IMG/VR virus record: IMGVR_UViG_3300044606_000259
Span: 1 to 55,325 of that record
Direction: 5' to 3' (one strand)
DNA from: a virus
Lineage: Duplodnaviria > Caudoviricetes
DNA: 55,325 nucleotides
In this document: one piece after another, positions 27,190-37,369 of the stretch
Layout: every line of letters begins with the position of its first letter
Numbering within the stretch: the first letter of the stretch is position 1
Program-made: the position numbers and the translations under genes
The notes under the pieces: model-generated
What the model saw: only the letters and a program-made list of their open reading frames with translations
The model's database searches: none
Told to the model about the DNA's origin: nothing

Positions 27190-28643
27190 TGAAGGCCTTC
27201 CAGAACCTGCGCCAGAAACTTGGTAGAAAGGTCGGCGCGATGATCGGTGGCTTCGAGGGCGGCTTGTCCGCCCGCCGCCTCAAGACCTTTGCGGCCAGCC
27301 GCGCCCACGTCAATACGCTGATCCAGGCGGCTGGCGCCGACATGACCGCCCGTGCCCGGTACCTCATCCGCAACAACGGCTATGCCGCCAATGCGGTCGA
27401 GTCCTGGGCGGGCAATGCGGTGGGCACCGGCATCAAGCCCTCGTCGGGTATCGGTGATGCTGTGCTCAAGGAGCGGGTGCAACGCCTGTGGCTGCGCTGG
27501 ACCGATGAGTCGGATGCTGAGGGGCTGACCGATTTCTATGGTCAGCAACGCCGCGCGGCCCGCGAGCTCTTCATCGCGGGTGAAGTGTTCTTCCGCATCC
27601 GGCCGCGCCGGCCAGAGGATGGACTGTCAGTTCCGCTGCAGTTGCAGATGATCCCCGCCGAGATGCTGCCGTTGAATCACAACCAGGCACTGGACAACGG
27701 CCACCGCATCCGCCAGGGCATCGAGTTCGACCGCATCGGTCGGCGCGTCGCCTACCACTTTCTGCGCCGCCACCCGGGCGACATCACCGATCCGGGGCTG
27801 ACTGGTGAGACGGTGCGGGTGCCGGCCGAGTCCGTGCTGCACATCGTCGATCCGGTGGATGCAGGGCAGTTGCGTGGCGTTTCGCGCTTCTCGCCGGCGC
27901 TGGTGAAGCTGTTCCTGCTCGACCAGTACGACGACGCCGAACTGGATCGCAAGAAGGTGGCGGCGATGTTCGTCGGCTTCGTGCGTCGGCCCGAGCGCGA
28001 TTTCGACAACAGCGGTGAGACCGACGACCGGGGCGAGCCGCTGCTGCCGCTCGAACCCGGCCAGTTGCAGATCCTGGACGACGGCGAGGACATCACCTTC
28101 TCGACGCCCGCCGATGTCGGCGGCAACTACGAGTCCTTCCAGTACCGGACGCTCCTGCAGGTGGCTGCCGCCTTGGGCTTGCCCTACGCGAACCTGTCAG
28201 CCGATATGTTGAAGGCCAACTACTCGAACACCCGCGCGGCGCTCTTGGAGTTCCGCCGGCGCATCGAAGCCTTCCAGCATTCGGTGCTGGTGTTTCAGCT
28301 ATGCCGGGCGGTATGGGGGCGCTGGATGGACACGGCGGTGCTCTCGGGTGCCCTGGATCTCCCGGACTACGAGCAGCGCCGATCTGACTACCTGGACTGC
28401 AGCTGGCTGCCACCGCGCTGGGACTGGGTCGATCCCCTCAAAGACATCCGCGCCGAGATCAACGCCATCGAGGCCGGGCTCAAGTCGCGCACCCAGGCGA
28501 TTGCCGAACGCGGGTTTGATGCCGCGATGGTCGATGCCGAGATCGCCGGTGACCACCGGCGCGAGGACAGCCTGGGACTGCGCTTTGGGCGTGAGCCGGC
28601 ATCAGCTCCTGCGCAGGCTCCGCCGCCAGCCCCCTCGAACTGA
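27189..28643 (+). CDS. portal protein, lambda family
   Basis: RARYLIRNN, GQLRG, NYSNTR, WDWVDPLKD. Confidence 0.92.
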   Translation: MKAFQNLRQKLGRKVGAMIGGFEGGLSARRLKTFAASRAHVNTLIQAAGADMTARARYLIRNNGYAANAVESWAGNAVGTGIKPSSGIGDAVLKERVQRLWLRWTDESDAEGLTDFYGQQRRAARELFIAGEVFFRIRPRRPEDGLSVPLQLQMIPAEMLPLNHNQALDNGHRIRQGIEFDRIGRRVAYHFLRRHPGDITDPGLTGETVRVPAESVLHIVDPVDAGQLRGVSRFSPALVKLFLLDQYDDAELDRKKVAAMFVGFVRRPERDFDNSGETDDRGEPLLPLEPGQLQILDDGEDITFSTPADVGGNYESFQYRTLLQVAAALGLPYANLSADMLKANYSNTRAALLEFRRRIEAFQHSVLVFQLCRAVWGRWMDTAVLSGALDLPDYEQRRSDYLDCSWLPPRWDWVDPLKDIRAEINAIEAGLKSRTQAIAERGFDAAMVDAEIAGDHRREDSLGLRFGREPASAPAQAPPPAPSN

Positions 28644-28652
28644 GGAATCCTC

Positions 28653-29981
28653 ATGACCGATTTGCCATACCTGGCGTCCCGCCTTTACGGGACGCCGCTC
28701 CTGATTGCGCGCCCCAAACTTGAAGTGATCCTTGGGGTCGTGGCCAGAAAGCTCGCAGGCGACGCGCTGGCCACACCACCGCCGGCCAACGTCGATTCCG
28801 GCATGACCGGTGGCCTCCAAATCCTGGAGGGCATCGCCGTCCTCCCGGTCCTCGGCACGCTGGTGCGTCGCTCTTCCTATATCGGCGCGGCCAGTGGCCT
28901 GACCAGCTACCACGACATCGAGGCCATGGCCGAACAGGCCTTTGCCGACGGACAAGTGCGCGCCGTGTTGCTGGAGATCGATTCCAGCGGCGGCGAGGCG
29001 GGCGGCGTGTTCGATCTGGCCCAGCGCCTACGCCAGCTGGCGCAGTCCTCGGGCAAACCGCTGTGGGCCATCGCCGATGAAGCCGCACTGTCGGCCGCCT
29101 ACGCCATTGCCTGTGCGGCTGACCGCCTGTGGCTCACCCGCACCGCCGAGGTGGGCTCCATCGGGGTGGTCGCGGTCCACGTCGATGAGTCGGTGGCCGA
29201 TGCCAAAGCCGGTCTGAATTACACCTTCCTGCACGCAGGTAGACACAAGGTCGATGGCCATCCGCACGCACCACTCCCTGCGCCAGTCGCCGCCGACATC
29301 CAGGCCGACATCGAGCAGCTCCATGAGCAGTTCATCAGCCTGGTTGCGGGGTTCCGTCGGTTGACGCCAGATGCCATCCGCAACACCGAGGCCCGCGTCT
29401 ATCGCGGCGAGGCCGCTCTCCAGGCGAGCCTGGCCGATCAGATCGGCACCCGTTCGGAGGTGCTGGCCGCTCTGCAACGGCAACTCGCCATGAGTGCCGG
29501 ACGCAGCCTGCGCAACCAGGCCGCCGCACTGTCGGCCACCCGCACCACATCCCGATCCCAACCCTTCCCGAAGGAGATCTCCATGAATGATCACAACCCC
29601 GTCACGCCGGTGGACGACACCCAAGAGGACACCACTCCGAATGCAAGTCCGACCCCGGCGCAGTCACCGCACACCCCGCCGCCGCTCGATGAGGCGGCCA
29701 TCACGGCCCAGGTCGAGCAGCGACTGCGCCGCCAACTCGCGGAGCTGTCCGAGATCGCCGCCCAGGCCAAGCGCCTCGGGGTCACCGTCGATCCCGCGCA
29801 GGCCCTGGCGCGCGGCGTCACCCCGGATGCGCTGCGCCAGTCGGTGCTGAAGCAGGCCGCCGAACGTGATGTGGCGCAAGACATCGTGGCCCAAGCCCCG
29901 GCGCCCGCATCCACCAAACCTCAATCCGTCACTGACAGCCCGCTGGTCAAGGCGGCCCAAGCCTATGGAGCCCGTAAATGA
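28653..29981 (+). CDS. S49-family head maturation protease (gpC-like) with C-terminal scaffold
   Basis: LEIDSSGGE, ALSAAYAIA, VGSIGV; internal SD+ATG at 29583. Confidence 0.9.
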   Translation: MTDLPYLASRLYGTPLLIARPKLEVILGVVARKLAGDALATPPPANVDSGMTGGLQILEGIAVLPVLGTLVRRSSYIGAASGLTSYHDIEAMAEQAFADGQVRAVLLEIDSSGGEAGGVFDLAQRLRQLAQSSGKPLWAIADEAALSAAYAIACAADRLWLTRTAEVGSIGVVAVHVDESVADAKAGLNYTFLHAGRHKVDGHPHAPLPAPVAADIQADIEQLHEQFISLVAGFRRLTPDAIRNTEARVYRGEAALQASLADQIGTRSEVLAALQRQLAMSAGRSLRNQAAALSATRTTSRSQPFPKEISMNDHNPVTPVDDTQEDTTPNASPTPAQSPHTPPPLDEAAITAQVEQRLRRQLAELSEIAAQAKRLGVTVDPAQALARGVTPDALRQSVLKQAAERDVAQDIVAQAPAPASTKPQSVTDSPLVKAAQAYGARK

Positions 29982-30370
29982 GCACACCTTTGATTTCTCC
30001 TTTGAGCCTCGGTGATCTGGTCAAGCGCGAGTCCGATCCGGACTACACCCGCGAAACCGTGACCTTGAAGGCCGGTGCAGCCTATCCGCTGGGTGCCGTG
30101 CTCGGCCGAATCACCGCCACGGGCGTTTATGCCTCTTCGCCGGCTGCCTCCACGACAGGCATCGAGGGCGCCGAGATCGCCTGCGCCGTGCTGCTGCACC
30201 CAGTTGCCGCCAGTGACACCGACACCCAGGCGGTGGTGCTCGCGCGCGGCCCCGTGATCGTCGCTGACCGCGCCTTGGTTTTCGATGCGTCGGTCACGGA
30301 TGCCACCGCCCAATCCCTCAAACACCAGCAACTGGCAGCCCACGGCATCGTGGTGCGTACGGTCGCCTGA
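29978..30370 (+). CDS. head decoration protein (gpD-like)
   Basis: LGAVLGRITATG motif; position before the capsid gene. Confidence 0.8.
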   Translation: MSTPLISPLSLGDLVKRESDPDYTRETVTLKAGAAYPLGAVLGRITATGVYASSPAASTTGIEGAEIACAVLLHPVAASDTDTQAVVLARGPVIVADRALVFDASVTDATAQSLKHQQLAAHGIVVRTVA

Positions 30371-30393
30371 CCTTATTTCTCAGGAGTCTTGAT

Positions 30394-31422
30394 ATGACCG
30401 TGATCGTCAATCCTTTCGACGCCGGCGGCTTCACACTGGCCGAGATGTCGGCCGCCATCCAGATGCTGCCCAACCCTTATGGCCGGGTCGGCCAGCTGGG
30501 GCTGTTTGCCCCCGAGCCAATTTCCCAGCGCAACGTCACCATCGAGTCCATCGAGGGCGAACTGCGTCTGCTGCCCGCCGTGGCGCCCGGGGCTCCGGCC
30601 ACCGTCGGCACCACCGACAAGCGTTCGGTGCGCTCGTTTGCCGTACCCCACATCCCGCACAACGATGTGGTGCTGCCCGAGGAGATCCAGGGAATCCGTG
30701 GGCTGGGTCTGGCCGCTGGTGAAGACCCGCTGGTCACCGTGATGACCCGCAAACTCGCCCGAATGCGCGCCAAGCACGCGCAGACGCTGGAGTACATGCG
30801 CGTGAACGCCTTGCTGGGGATTACCAAGGACGGCGCCGGCAACACTCTCTACGACTGGCACGACGAGTTCGACATCCAGAAGCCCGAGGTGGATTTTGTG
30901 TTCGGTGGCGCCGAGGACATGGTCATCCACTGCACCCAGGTGGCCCGCCACATCGAAGAGAACTTGAAGGGCGAGATGATGACCACGATTCATGCGCTGG
31001 TCAGCCCCGAGTTCTTCGATGCACTGGTCAAGCACAAGACCGTGAAGGAGGCCTATACCTTCTATCAGGGAACCGCCGGCACCAACCCGCTGCGTGACGA
31101 TGTGCGCCGGGGCTTCCGCTTTGGCTCCATCCTGTTCGAGGAGTATTTCGGCACGGTGACGCTGGCCAACGGTACATCCGTGCGCCTGATCCCACCGCGC
31201 GAAGGGGTGGCCTTCCCGCTGGGCACGCTCGATACCTTCCGCACCTACTTCGCCCCGGCGAACCTGATGGAAGCGGTCGGCACCTATGGGCAGGAGCTCT
31301 ATGCCCATCAGCTTGCTAGGCCCAACGGCACCGGCGTGGACATCTACACCCAGTCGAATCCGCTGCCCATCGTGAAGCGCCCGGCGCTGACCGTGCGGCT
31401 CTTCTCCAGCAATGGCTGGTGA
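30394..31422 (+). CDS. major capsid protein (lambda gpE family)
   Basis: 342 aa; TLEYMR..ALLG; QSNPLP..RP C-terminal motif. Confidence 0.9.
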   Translation: MTVIVNPFDAGGFTLAEMSAAIQMLPNPYGRVGQLGLFAPEPISQRNVTIESIEGELRLLPAVAPGAPATVGTTDKRSVRSFAVPHIPHNDVVLPEEIQGIRGLGLAAGEDPLVTVMTRKLARMRAKHAQTLEYMRVNALLGITKDGAGNTLYDWHDEFDIQKPEVDFVFGGAEDMVIHCTQVARHIEENLKGEMMTTIHALVSPEFFDALVKHKTVKEAYTFYQGTAGTNPLRDDVRRGFRFGSILFEEYFGTVTLANGTSVRLIPPREGVAFPLGTLDTFRTYFAPANLMEAVGTYGQELYAHQLARPNGTGVDIYTQSNPLPIVKRPALTVRLFSSNGW

Positions 31423-31781
31423 TGGTCATGACGGTTTTCGGTGACCTGACCCGGGCCATGTCATCCATCGTGCTCACCACCTTCGGTGAGCCGGTGGTGT
31501 TTCACCTTGAGGGGCAAACCGAGGCGCTGCCGGGTCGGGGCGTCTTCACCGCTGCGCACCAGGAGGTGGATGCCAGCACGGGTGTGCCGGTGTCCATGGC
31601 TCAGCCGGTGCTCGAAGTCCGTCAAACCGACTTACCCGCCACCCCGACCGAGGGCGATGCCGTCACCGTGCAAGGCGTGCTCTACCTGATCGTCGAGGTG
31701 CGCCCCGATGGGCACGGCTTTTTGAAACTGATGCTGCACAAAGGAGGCGGCCATGAAGCATCCACGCACCCTGATCCGTGA
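31422..31781 (+). CDS. head-tail joining protein (FII-like)
   Basis: Position; P.EGD.V...Y.IVEVRPDG.G..L.L. Confidence 0.65.
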   Translation: MVMTVFGDLTRAMSSIVLTTFGEPVVFHLEGQTEALPGRGVFTAAHQEVDASTGVPVSMAQPVLEVRQTDLPATPTEGDAVTVQGVLYLIVEVRPDGHGFLKLMLHKGGGHEASTHPDP

Positions 31782-32307
31782 GGCGGTGAGGGAACGGCTG
31801 GTGGCGCAGTTGCCGGCGATTGATCCGCGCATCAGCGCCAACCGGATCAGCATCCACCGCAGTACACCGCTCTTTGCCGGCAAGCTGCCCGCCATCTTGA
31901 TTTACACCCGCGATGAGCGCATTGAGGAGCAGCCAAATGCCGATCCGGGCCTGCGCTATCGGAAGCTGGAACTGTCGGTCGAGATCATCGCCAGTGGCGA
32001 AACCGCTGCCGAAGAGGCAGATCTCCTGGCGCAAGCGATCGAAGCCATCCTCGATGCTGACGAGACCCTGGGGCTGCTGGTGGAAGGCACGCGCCTGACC
32101 CGCACCGAGGTGGATCAGGGCGGAGAGGGTGAGACGCCGGTTCTCGCCGCCCGACTGTCTTTCGAGGTCAGCTACTGGACCAAGCCCGTGATCGATGACG
32201 GGGTGCTGCCCCTGCAGGTGCTGGTCAGTTGGGCGCCGGAGATCGGTGTCAGCCATGAGCACAGCTATCAGCCGGTCGGCACCCACTACCGGGAGCCAAG
32301 TTCATGA
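31753..32307 (+). CDS. tail terminator/completion-like protein
   Basis: HPRTLIR..LPAILIYT; position. Confidence 0.55.
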   Translation: MKHPRTLIREAVRERLVAQLPAIDPRISANRISIHRSTPLFAGKLPAILIYTRDERIEEQPNADPGLRYRKLELSVEIIASGETAAEEADLLAQAIEAILDADETLGLLVEGTRLTRTEVDQGGEGETPVLAARLSFEVSYWTKPVIDDGVLPLQVLVSWAPEIGVSHEHSYQPVGTHYREPSS

Positions 32308-32780
32308 GCGAGCGCAACCTGCATCAGGACATGACCGAGGCCGAGCGGCGCATCAGCAATGTGGCCCTGATGGGTCAGGTGGTGGCCCTCGACACTGCGC
32401 GTGCCCGGGTGCGGGTGCAGGCCGGTCCCATCACCACCGGCTGGTTGCCCTTTGCGACGCTGCGCGCCGGACCGGATCGGACCTGGCATCCGCCCGAGCC
32501 GGGGGAGCAGGTGCTGCTGGTTGCCCCCGGTGGCGATCTCAATCAGGGCGTGGTGGTGGGTTCGATCTACCGAGCAGACCATCCGGCCCCTGCCGACTCG
32601 GAGGACATCTCGCGCACCCTGTTCAAGGACGGCGCGGTGATGGAGTACGACCGCGCCCAGCACCACTGGCGCTTGGCAGTACCGGCGGGCGGCAAGATTG
32701 TGTTGGAGATTGGTGCTACCAAACTGGAACTCAGCGATCAGGGGGCAAGGCTCACCGCTCCACGGATTGATCTGAACTGA
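32304..32780 (+). CDS. baseplate spike assembly protein V
   Basis: TGWLP..RAG..W.PP..GEQV; FKDGAVMEYD. Confidence 0.9.
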   Translation: MSERNLHQDMTEAERRISNVALMGQVVALDTARARVRVQAGPITTGWLPFATLRAGPDRTWHPPEPGEQVLLVAPGGDLNQGVVVGSIYRADHPAPADSEDISRTLFKDGAVMEYDRAQHHWRLAVPAGGKIVLEIGATKLELSDQGARLTAPRIDLN

Positions 32781-32859
32781 AGGCGCGATGTGTCGCGAAA
32801 TTCGAATCGCGACATCAATAGCGTCGCGCAAGACTTTTCCCGACATAAAGGAGGTTGCC

Positions 32860-33147
32860 ATGCCAGCGATAACGCGCTTGGGCGACCACTGTACCGGCCA
32901 CAGCTGTTTCCCTGCACGCCCCAGTACCTCGGCGGCGGCCTCGGTGTTCATCAATGGCATCGCGGTGCACCGGGTAGGGGATGCTTGGGCGACCCACTGC
33001 TGTGGTCCCGCCTGCCACCCCAGCGTGCTGGCTGAAGGTAGCACTTCGGTCTTTGCCGAGGGACAGGCGGTCGGACGGATCGGTGATCCGGTGGCCTGTG
33101 GATCAACGGTAGCGCAGGGTTCGTCGAATGTCTTTACGGGAGAATAG
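32860..33147 (+). CDS. PAAR-domain spike tip protein
   Basis: PAITRLGD..GH, VFING..VHRVGD..HC, GRIGDPVACG..GS.NVF. Confidence 0.9.
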   Translation: MPAITRLGDHCTGHSCFPARPSTSAAASVFINGIAVHRVGDAWATHCCGPACHPSVLAEGSTSVFAEGQAVGRIGDPVACGSTVAQGSSNVFTGE

Positions 33148-33168
33148 GCAACGCACAAGCGCTCTGAG

Positions 33169-33459
33169 TCACAGGTGACGCGGTGCATCCATGCGGTCAT
33201 GCAATACCCGAACAACGGCGATACCGTAGTCGGTAATACGGAAGTAGATCATGTGACGCTCAACGCCCCACCGGCGATAGCCTGACCTGATGTGCTCGCA
33301 GCTTGGCGCTGTTTTTGGAGCGTCCGCCAACTCAGCAAACGCCGCCGTCAGGAAGTCGATGTAACGATCTGCCTGCTCGACACCCCATTGTCGAACCGTA
33401 TAGGTCCAGATCGACTCCAGATCACGCTCTGCTGCTGGGGTCAGGCGATATTCAGCCAT
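33169..33459 (-). CDS. parE: ParE-family toxin
   Basis: YRLTPAAERDLESIW.YT..WG..QADRY; HMIYFR; RVLHDRMD. Confidence 0.88.
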   Translation of the reverse strand: MAEYRLTPAAERDLESIWTYTVRQWGVEQADRYIDFLTAAFAELADAPKTAPSCEHIRSGYRRWGVERHMIYFRITDYGIAVVRVLHDRMDAPRHL

Positions 33460-33697
33460 GGGCGGCCAGCATCCTTTGCTTGAACTCGGCAGGATTGAAA
33501 CGGCGGGGTTCCCCGCTGGCTTCGCCCTCGATCAGTGCGGCGCGGATCGCTTCGATCTCAGCACTGCGTTCCTGTTCGCGTCTGATCAGATCGCGGATGT
33601 ACTCGCTGTCGTTGGTGTAGTGTCCCGCATCGATTTGAGCTTTGACCCAGTTGTCCTGCTGATCGGTCAGGGTGATGGTTTTACGCACAGTTCCCAT
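33452..33697 (-). CDS. parD: ParD-family antitoxin
   Basis: GHYTNDSEYIRDLIR..IRAALIEGEASG; overlaps parE. Confidence 0.85.
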   Translation of the reverse strand: MGTVRKTITLTDQQDNWVKAQIDAGHYTNDSEYIRDLIRREQERSAEIEAIRAALIEGEASGEPRRFNPAEFKQRMLAAHG

Positions 33698-33818
33698 GGT
33701 GCAGCCTCCTATGTTGGCATCACTACGAATCAAAAATCATACTATTGGTGCAATATAGCGCAAAACCGCGCAGATTGCCAGCGGGTTCGCAGCACCAAAT
33801 CAATTTGGGAGTGCCGCA

Positions 33819-34154
33819 GTGCTTGGAATCAACGCCCAAACCGGCCAGCCCCTGGCTGGCATTGATCACCTACGCCAGAGCATCCGCGACATCCTCACCA
33901 CCCGTATCGGCACCCGCGTGATGCGCCGTGACTATGGCTCTCGCCTGCCCGCCTTGGTCGACAACCCCATGACCCCAAGGCTTGCCATGGACCTGTATTC
34001 GGCCACCGCCGAAGCCCTGGCCCGTTGGGAGCCGCGTTTCAAGCTCACCCGCGTGCGCATTGCTTCGGCCACGGTCGGGCAAGTTGTGCTCGATCTGGAG
34101 GGCATCTACCTGCCCGATGGCAAGGCGACCGTGCTTAGCGCACTGGAGGTGTGA
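33819..34154 (+). CDS. baseplate wedge protein (P2 gpW/gp25 family)
   Basis: HLRQSIRDILTT.IGTRVMRRDYGS; WEPR. Confidence 0.92.
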   Translation: MLGINAQTGQPLAGIDHLRQSIRDILTTRIGTRVMRRDYGSRLPALVDNPMTPRLAMDLYSATAEALARWEPRFKLTRVRIASATVGQVVLDLEGIYLPDGKATVLSALEV

Positions 34155-34997
34155 ATGACGACCCTCAACGATCTGGCGAGTTTGCCGGCGCCAGCAGTGA
34201 TCGAGCCCTTGTCCTTCGAGACGATCTTCTCGCAACTGCAAACCGAGTTTCAATCGCGCTACCCCGACTATTCGGTGCTCCTGGCCTCGGACCCAGCGGT
34301 GAAGTTGCTGGAGGTTGCCGCCTACCGGGAGGTGCTGCTGAGAAACCGAATCAACGCCGCTGCCAAAGCCTCCCTCCTGGCCTTTGCCACCGGCAGCGAT
34401 CTCGATCACCTCGCGGCTTTCTATGGTGTCACGCGCCTGTTTGATGAGACGGACGAGGCGCTGCGATTTCGCACCCGTCAACGCATCATTGGCTTTGCCA
34501 ATGCCGGCGGGGCCGCGCACTACCGCTACTGGGCGCTCTCGGCTTCCCCCGGCGTCGCTGATGTCGAGGTCGACAGCCCGGAACCCGGGCGGGTGCGCAT
34601 CAGCGTGCTGGCCAAGGGAGAGGAGGAGACCGTACCGGATGCCGTGCTGGAGGCTGTCCGTTCGGTGGTGCTGCGCGACGACATCCGGGTGCTCACCGAC
34701 ACGGTCGAGGTGGTGCCGGCGGAGTTGATTCCCGTCGCGGTGACCGCCCGCATCTGGCTCTATCCCGACACGCCAATGGCCGCCTTCGAGGCCATCGCTC
34801 CCCGTTTCAAGGATGCACTGGCGGCGCAGTCGGGGCTGGGATGGGATCTGACACCGTCCTGGGTGATTGGCGAGTTGCAGCGCCCCGGCGTGCACAAGGT
34901 CGAGCTGCACTCACCCACGACCGACATCCGTGCCAATGCCAACCAGGCGGTGCGGCTCTTGAATCTGAATCTGGAATTTGCCGGGCGGGATCGGTAG
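34155..34997 (+). CDS. baseplate J protein
   Basis: LPAPAVIE.L.FE; SDP.VKLLE..AYRE; LDHLAA. Confidence 0.92.
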   Translation: MTTLNDLASLPAPAVIEPLSFETIFSQLQTEFQSRYPDYSVLLASDPAVKLLEVAAYREVLLRNRINAAAKASLLAFATGSDLDHLAAFYGVTRLFDETDEALRFRTRQRIIGFANAGGAAHYRYWALSASPGVADVEVDSPEPGRVRISVLAKGEEETVPDAVLEAVRSVVLRDDIRVLTDTVEVVPAELIPVAVTARIWLYPDTPMAAFEAIAPRFKDALAAQSGLGWDLTPSWVIGELQRPGVHKVELHSPTTDIRANANQAVRLLNLNLEFAGRDR

Positions 34998-35024
34998 CGC
35001 CCCCCATCTTGCGCTGGAGGGCAC

Positions 35025-36599
35025 ATGACTGCTGACCATCTGCTGCCCGCCAATGCCACACCGCTGGAGCAGGCACTTTCCCTGTCCATCGATTCGCTGT
35101 CCCGGCTGGCCCTGCCAGCGGACGCGATCCGCCAGTTCAAGACCGATCCGACTGATCCGCTCTTGCCCTGGCTGATCTGGGAGTTCGGACTGGGCGAGTT
35201 GCTGCCGTATTTGCCCGAGCCAAGACAGGCGATTGACGAAGGGATTCTGTGGCAGCGGCTGCGTGGTACGCCGGCCGCACTGTCGACCGCCTTGTCCTGG
35301 ATCGGGATGCGCGCCACGGTCGAGCAGGAACCGCCCGGTGTTCACTTTGCCGAGTTTCAGCTCGATCCGGGGCAGGTGCTCGACAGCGACACGGCGATTG
35401 CCAACCTGATCGCCATTGCCCGACTGTCGGCTCCGGCACGCTCTCGTCTGTCACGGATCTACCACGGCCATGACCTGCGTCGCGTTGTGCTGGACGAGAG
35501 TCGACTGGGCGAGGCACTGTTGTCCGATCACAGCGGCGTGTTCTGGCGGGACGGGCAGACCAAGCTGTCGTTTGGCCGGGTGCGCAAATTTGCGCATCCA
35601 CCCCAAGAGATCATCCTGACGCCCACGCGCGAAGCGACACGCTTTGCGGAGGCGAGGTTGATCGACCGGTATCTGCTCGATTTCTCGGCCCTGGGCGATG
35701 CCGGGCATACGCGCAACGAGGAGATCCTGCATTCGCACCTCTTTACGCTGGCCAATGTGCTCGGACTGCCGGAGGCGCAGTCATGGCTGCCTGAGCGTCG
35801 CTTCGCACGAGCGATGGTGGTGCTCTCCGACAGCACCCCCCTGGGTGACATCAATGCCAACCTGCCGCGCTTTGCCTGGCGTGAAGAGGGGCAATCGATC
35901 ACCCTGGGTGGCCGTGACCAGCTCTCTGCCACACCGCATCGGCTGATCCGCATCGAAGTGCTGGAGCGCAACCTTCGTGGACACCCGGGGGACTTAGTCG
36001 TGCCAACCCTGAGTCTTCAGGCCCATCGCGACCATCTCGCTGTCCATCGCGTCCAGGCCCGTGCCGATCAGTCGTTGGGGATGTGGACCTTGGGCGAATT
36101 GGTGCCCAGCCTGGACCGAGGGTTTGTTCGGCGTGATCACACCCGAGGCAATCCAGCCCTGCCAGATGCGGCTGGCTGGCGGCCACTGCTGTACCAGCGG
36201 GCGCAGGTGGTGCTCTCCGAGGTGACGCTGGGCGACGTGAACAGTCGCACCCCACGTCGTGCCATCTATCGCACTCGGCCTATCGCCCGGCTGGGCGATC
36301 TCACCTTGGGTCAGACCGCCGAGATCGAATGGCGGCCGCTCACCGAGATGCAAATTTGCACATCGGGTCTGACGTCGCCGTTGCCCTATGCCTTCGAGGA
36401 GGCTTGCCCGAGCTTGCTACGCCTGCTGACTCAGGCCGCCGAATCCAGGCTCACAACGCTCCTCGCGCCTTCCCGCTGGTCGCTGAGCAGCGCACGTGCC
36501 ACCTGGCAAGGCCAGACCTGGACCGGCGTGCGCTGGCCGGCTTCAAGTTGGAACGACACCCGCGAATTGATCGGCACGACACATCAGACGCTGAACTGA
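35025..36599 (+). CDS. tail protein I (P2 gpI-like) with long C-terminal extension
   Basis: LLPANATPLE, LLPWL.WE, RGT N-terminal motifs; internal repeats VLSD/E..LGD.N..PR. Confidence 0.75.
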   Translation: MTADHLLPANATPLEQALSLSIDSLSRLALPADAIRQFKTDPTDPLLPWLIWEFGLGELLPYLPEPRQAIDEGILWQRLRGTPAALSTALSWIGMRATVEQEPPGVHFAEFQLDPGQVLDSDTAIANLIAIARLSAPARSRLSRIYHGHDLRRVVLDESRLGEALLSDHSGVFWRDGQTKLSFGRVRKFAHPPQEIILTPTREATRFAEARLIDRYLLDFSALGDAGHTRNEEILHSHLFTLANVLGLPEAQSWLPERRFARAMVVLSDSTPLGDINANLPRFAWREEGQSITLGGRDQLSATPHRLIRIEVLERNLRGHPGDLVVPTLSLQAHRDHLAVHRVQARADQSLGMWTLGELVPSLDRGFVRRDHTRGNPALPDAAGWRPLLYQRAQVVLSEVTLGDVNSRTPRRAIYRTRPIARLGDLTLGQTAEIEWRPLTEMQICTSGLTSPLPYAFEEACPSLLRLLTQAAESRLTTLLAPSRWSLSSARATWQGQTWTGVRWPASSWNDTRELIGTTHQTLN

Positions 36600-36661
36600 T
36601 CCAGCGGCGCTCTGCAGCGCTGCTGCTTTGTATTTCTCTCTATTCATTTCTGGAGCACCCC

Positions 36662-37354
36662 ATGGCGATTCTGACTGCCAGTGGTCGCGCTGCGCTTGCC
36701 GCCGCGATCAAAGAACAAACCTTACATCTCGCCCTGGGCGAGGGTGATCCCTTGTGGGACACCACCAAGGCGATCAGCACCCCGTTTGATGAAGCCGGGG
36801 TGATCGAGCTGGGCTTTACGCACCTGGCCGACATCCGAGTGACCTCGCTCGATGACCAGACCGAGTATCTGCTGGACGTCGACTACAGCGCCAACGCCCG
36901 TGAAGGTGTGATCCGGCGGCTGCCCGATAGCAGCATCCCAGAACAAGGAGATGTCACCGTCCACTTCAAGGTGGAACACCCGCCCGAATCCATCGGCCAG
37001 ACGGCGCTGCTGCGTGAGGTTGGTCGCCGCGTGGTCGATGAGGTGCATTTCGTCGCCGCCGACCCCGAGGGTGAGATCGTGGTGCCGACCGGGCGCTATC
37101 GCCTCTCGACGGAGCCCACCAACCATCTCTTCATCCGGGTGCGCTTTGACTTCGAGGATGCCGCCACCAGCGTGGTACGCGAGCAAGGCCTCTTCGTCAG
37201 TACCCAGACCGATCCCGAGCTCCCCATCGGGCAGAAATTTTTCATTCCGGCCCAGATCACGGATGCCGGAATCCTTCTCGTGTTGCAGAACTCGGTGCCC
37301 ATCGTGCGCCAGCCCTCGACGCGCGAGACCTTCGAATTCGTTGTCACTTTCTAA
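36662..37354 (+). CDS. baseplate/tail structural protein
   Basis: MAILTASGR..; VREQGLF; ends FEFVVTF. Confidence 0.65.
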   Translation: MAILTASGRAALAAAIKEQTLHLALGEGDPLWDTTKAISTPFDEAGVIELGFTHLADIRVTSLDDQTEYLLDVDYSANAREGVIRRLPDSSIPEQGDVTVHFKVEHPPESIGQTALLREVGRRVVDEVHFVAADPEGEIVVPTGRYRLSTEPTNHLFIRVRFDFEDAATSVVREQGLFVSTQTDPELPIGQKFFIPAQITDAGILLVLQNSVPIVRQPSTRETFEFVVTF

Positions 37355-37369
37355 TCCGCGAGGCCATCC

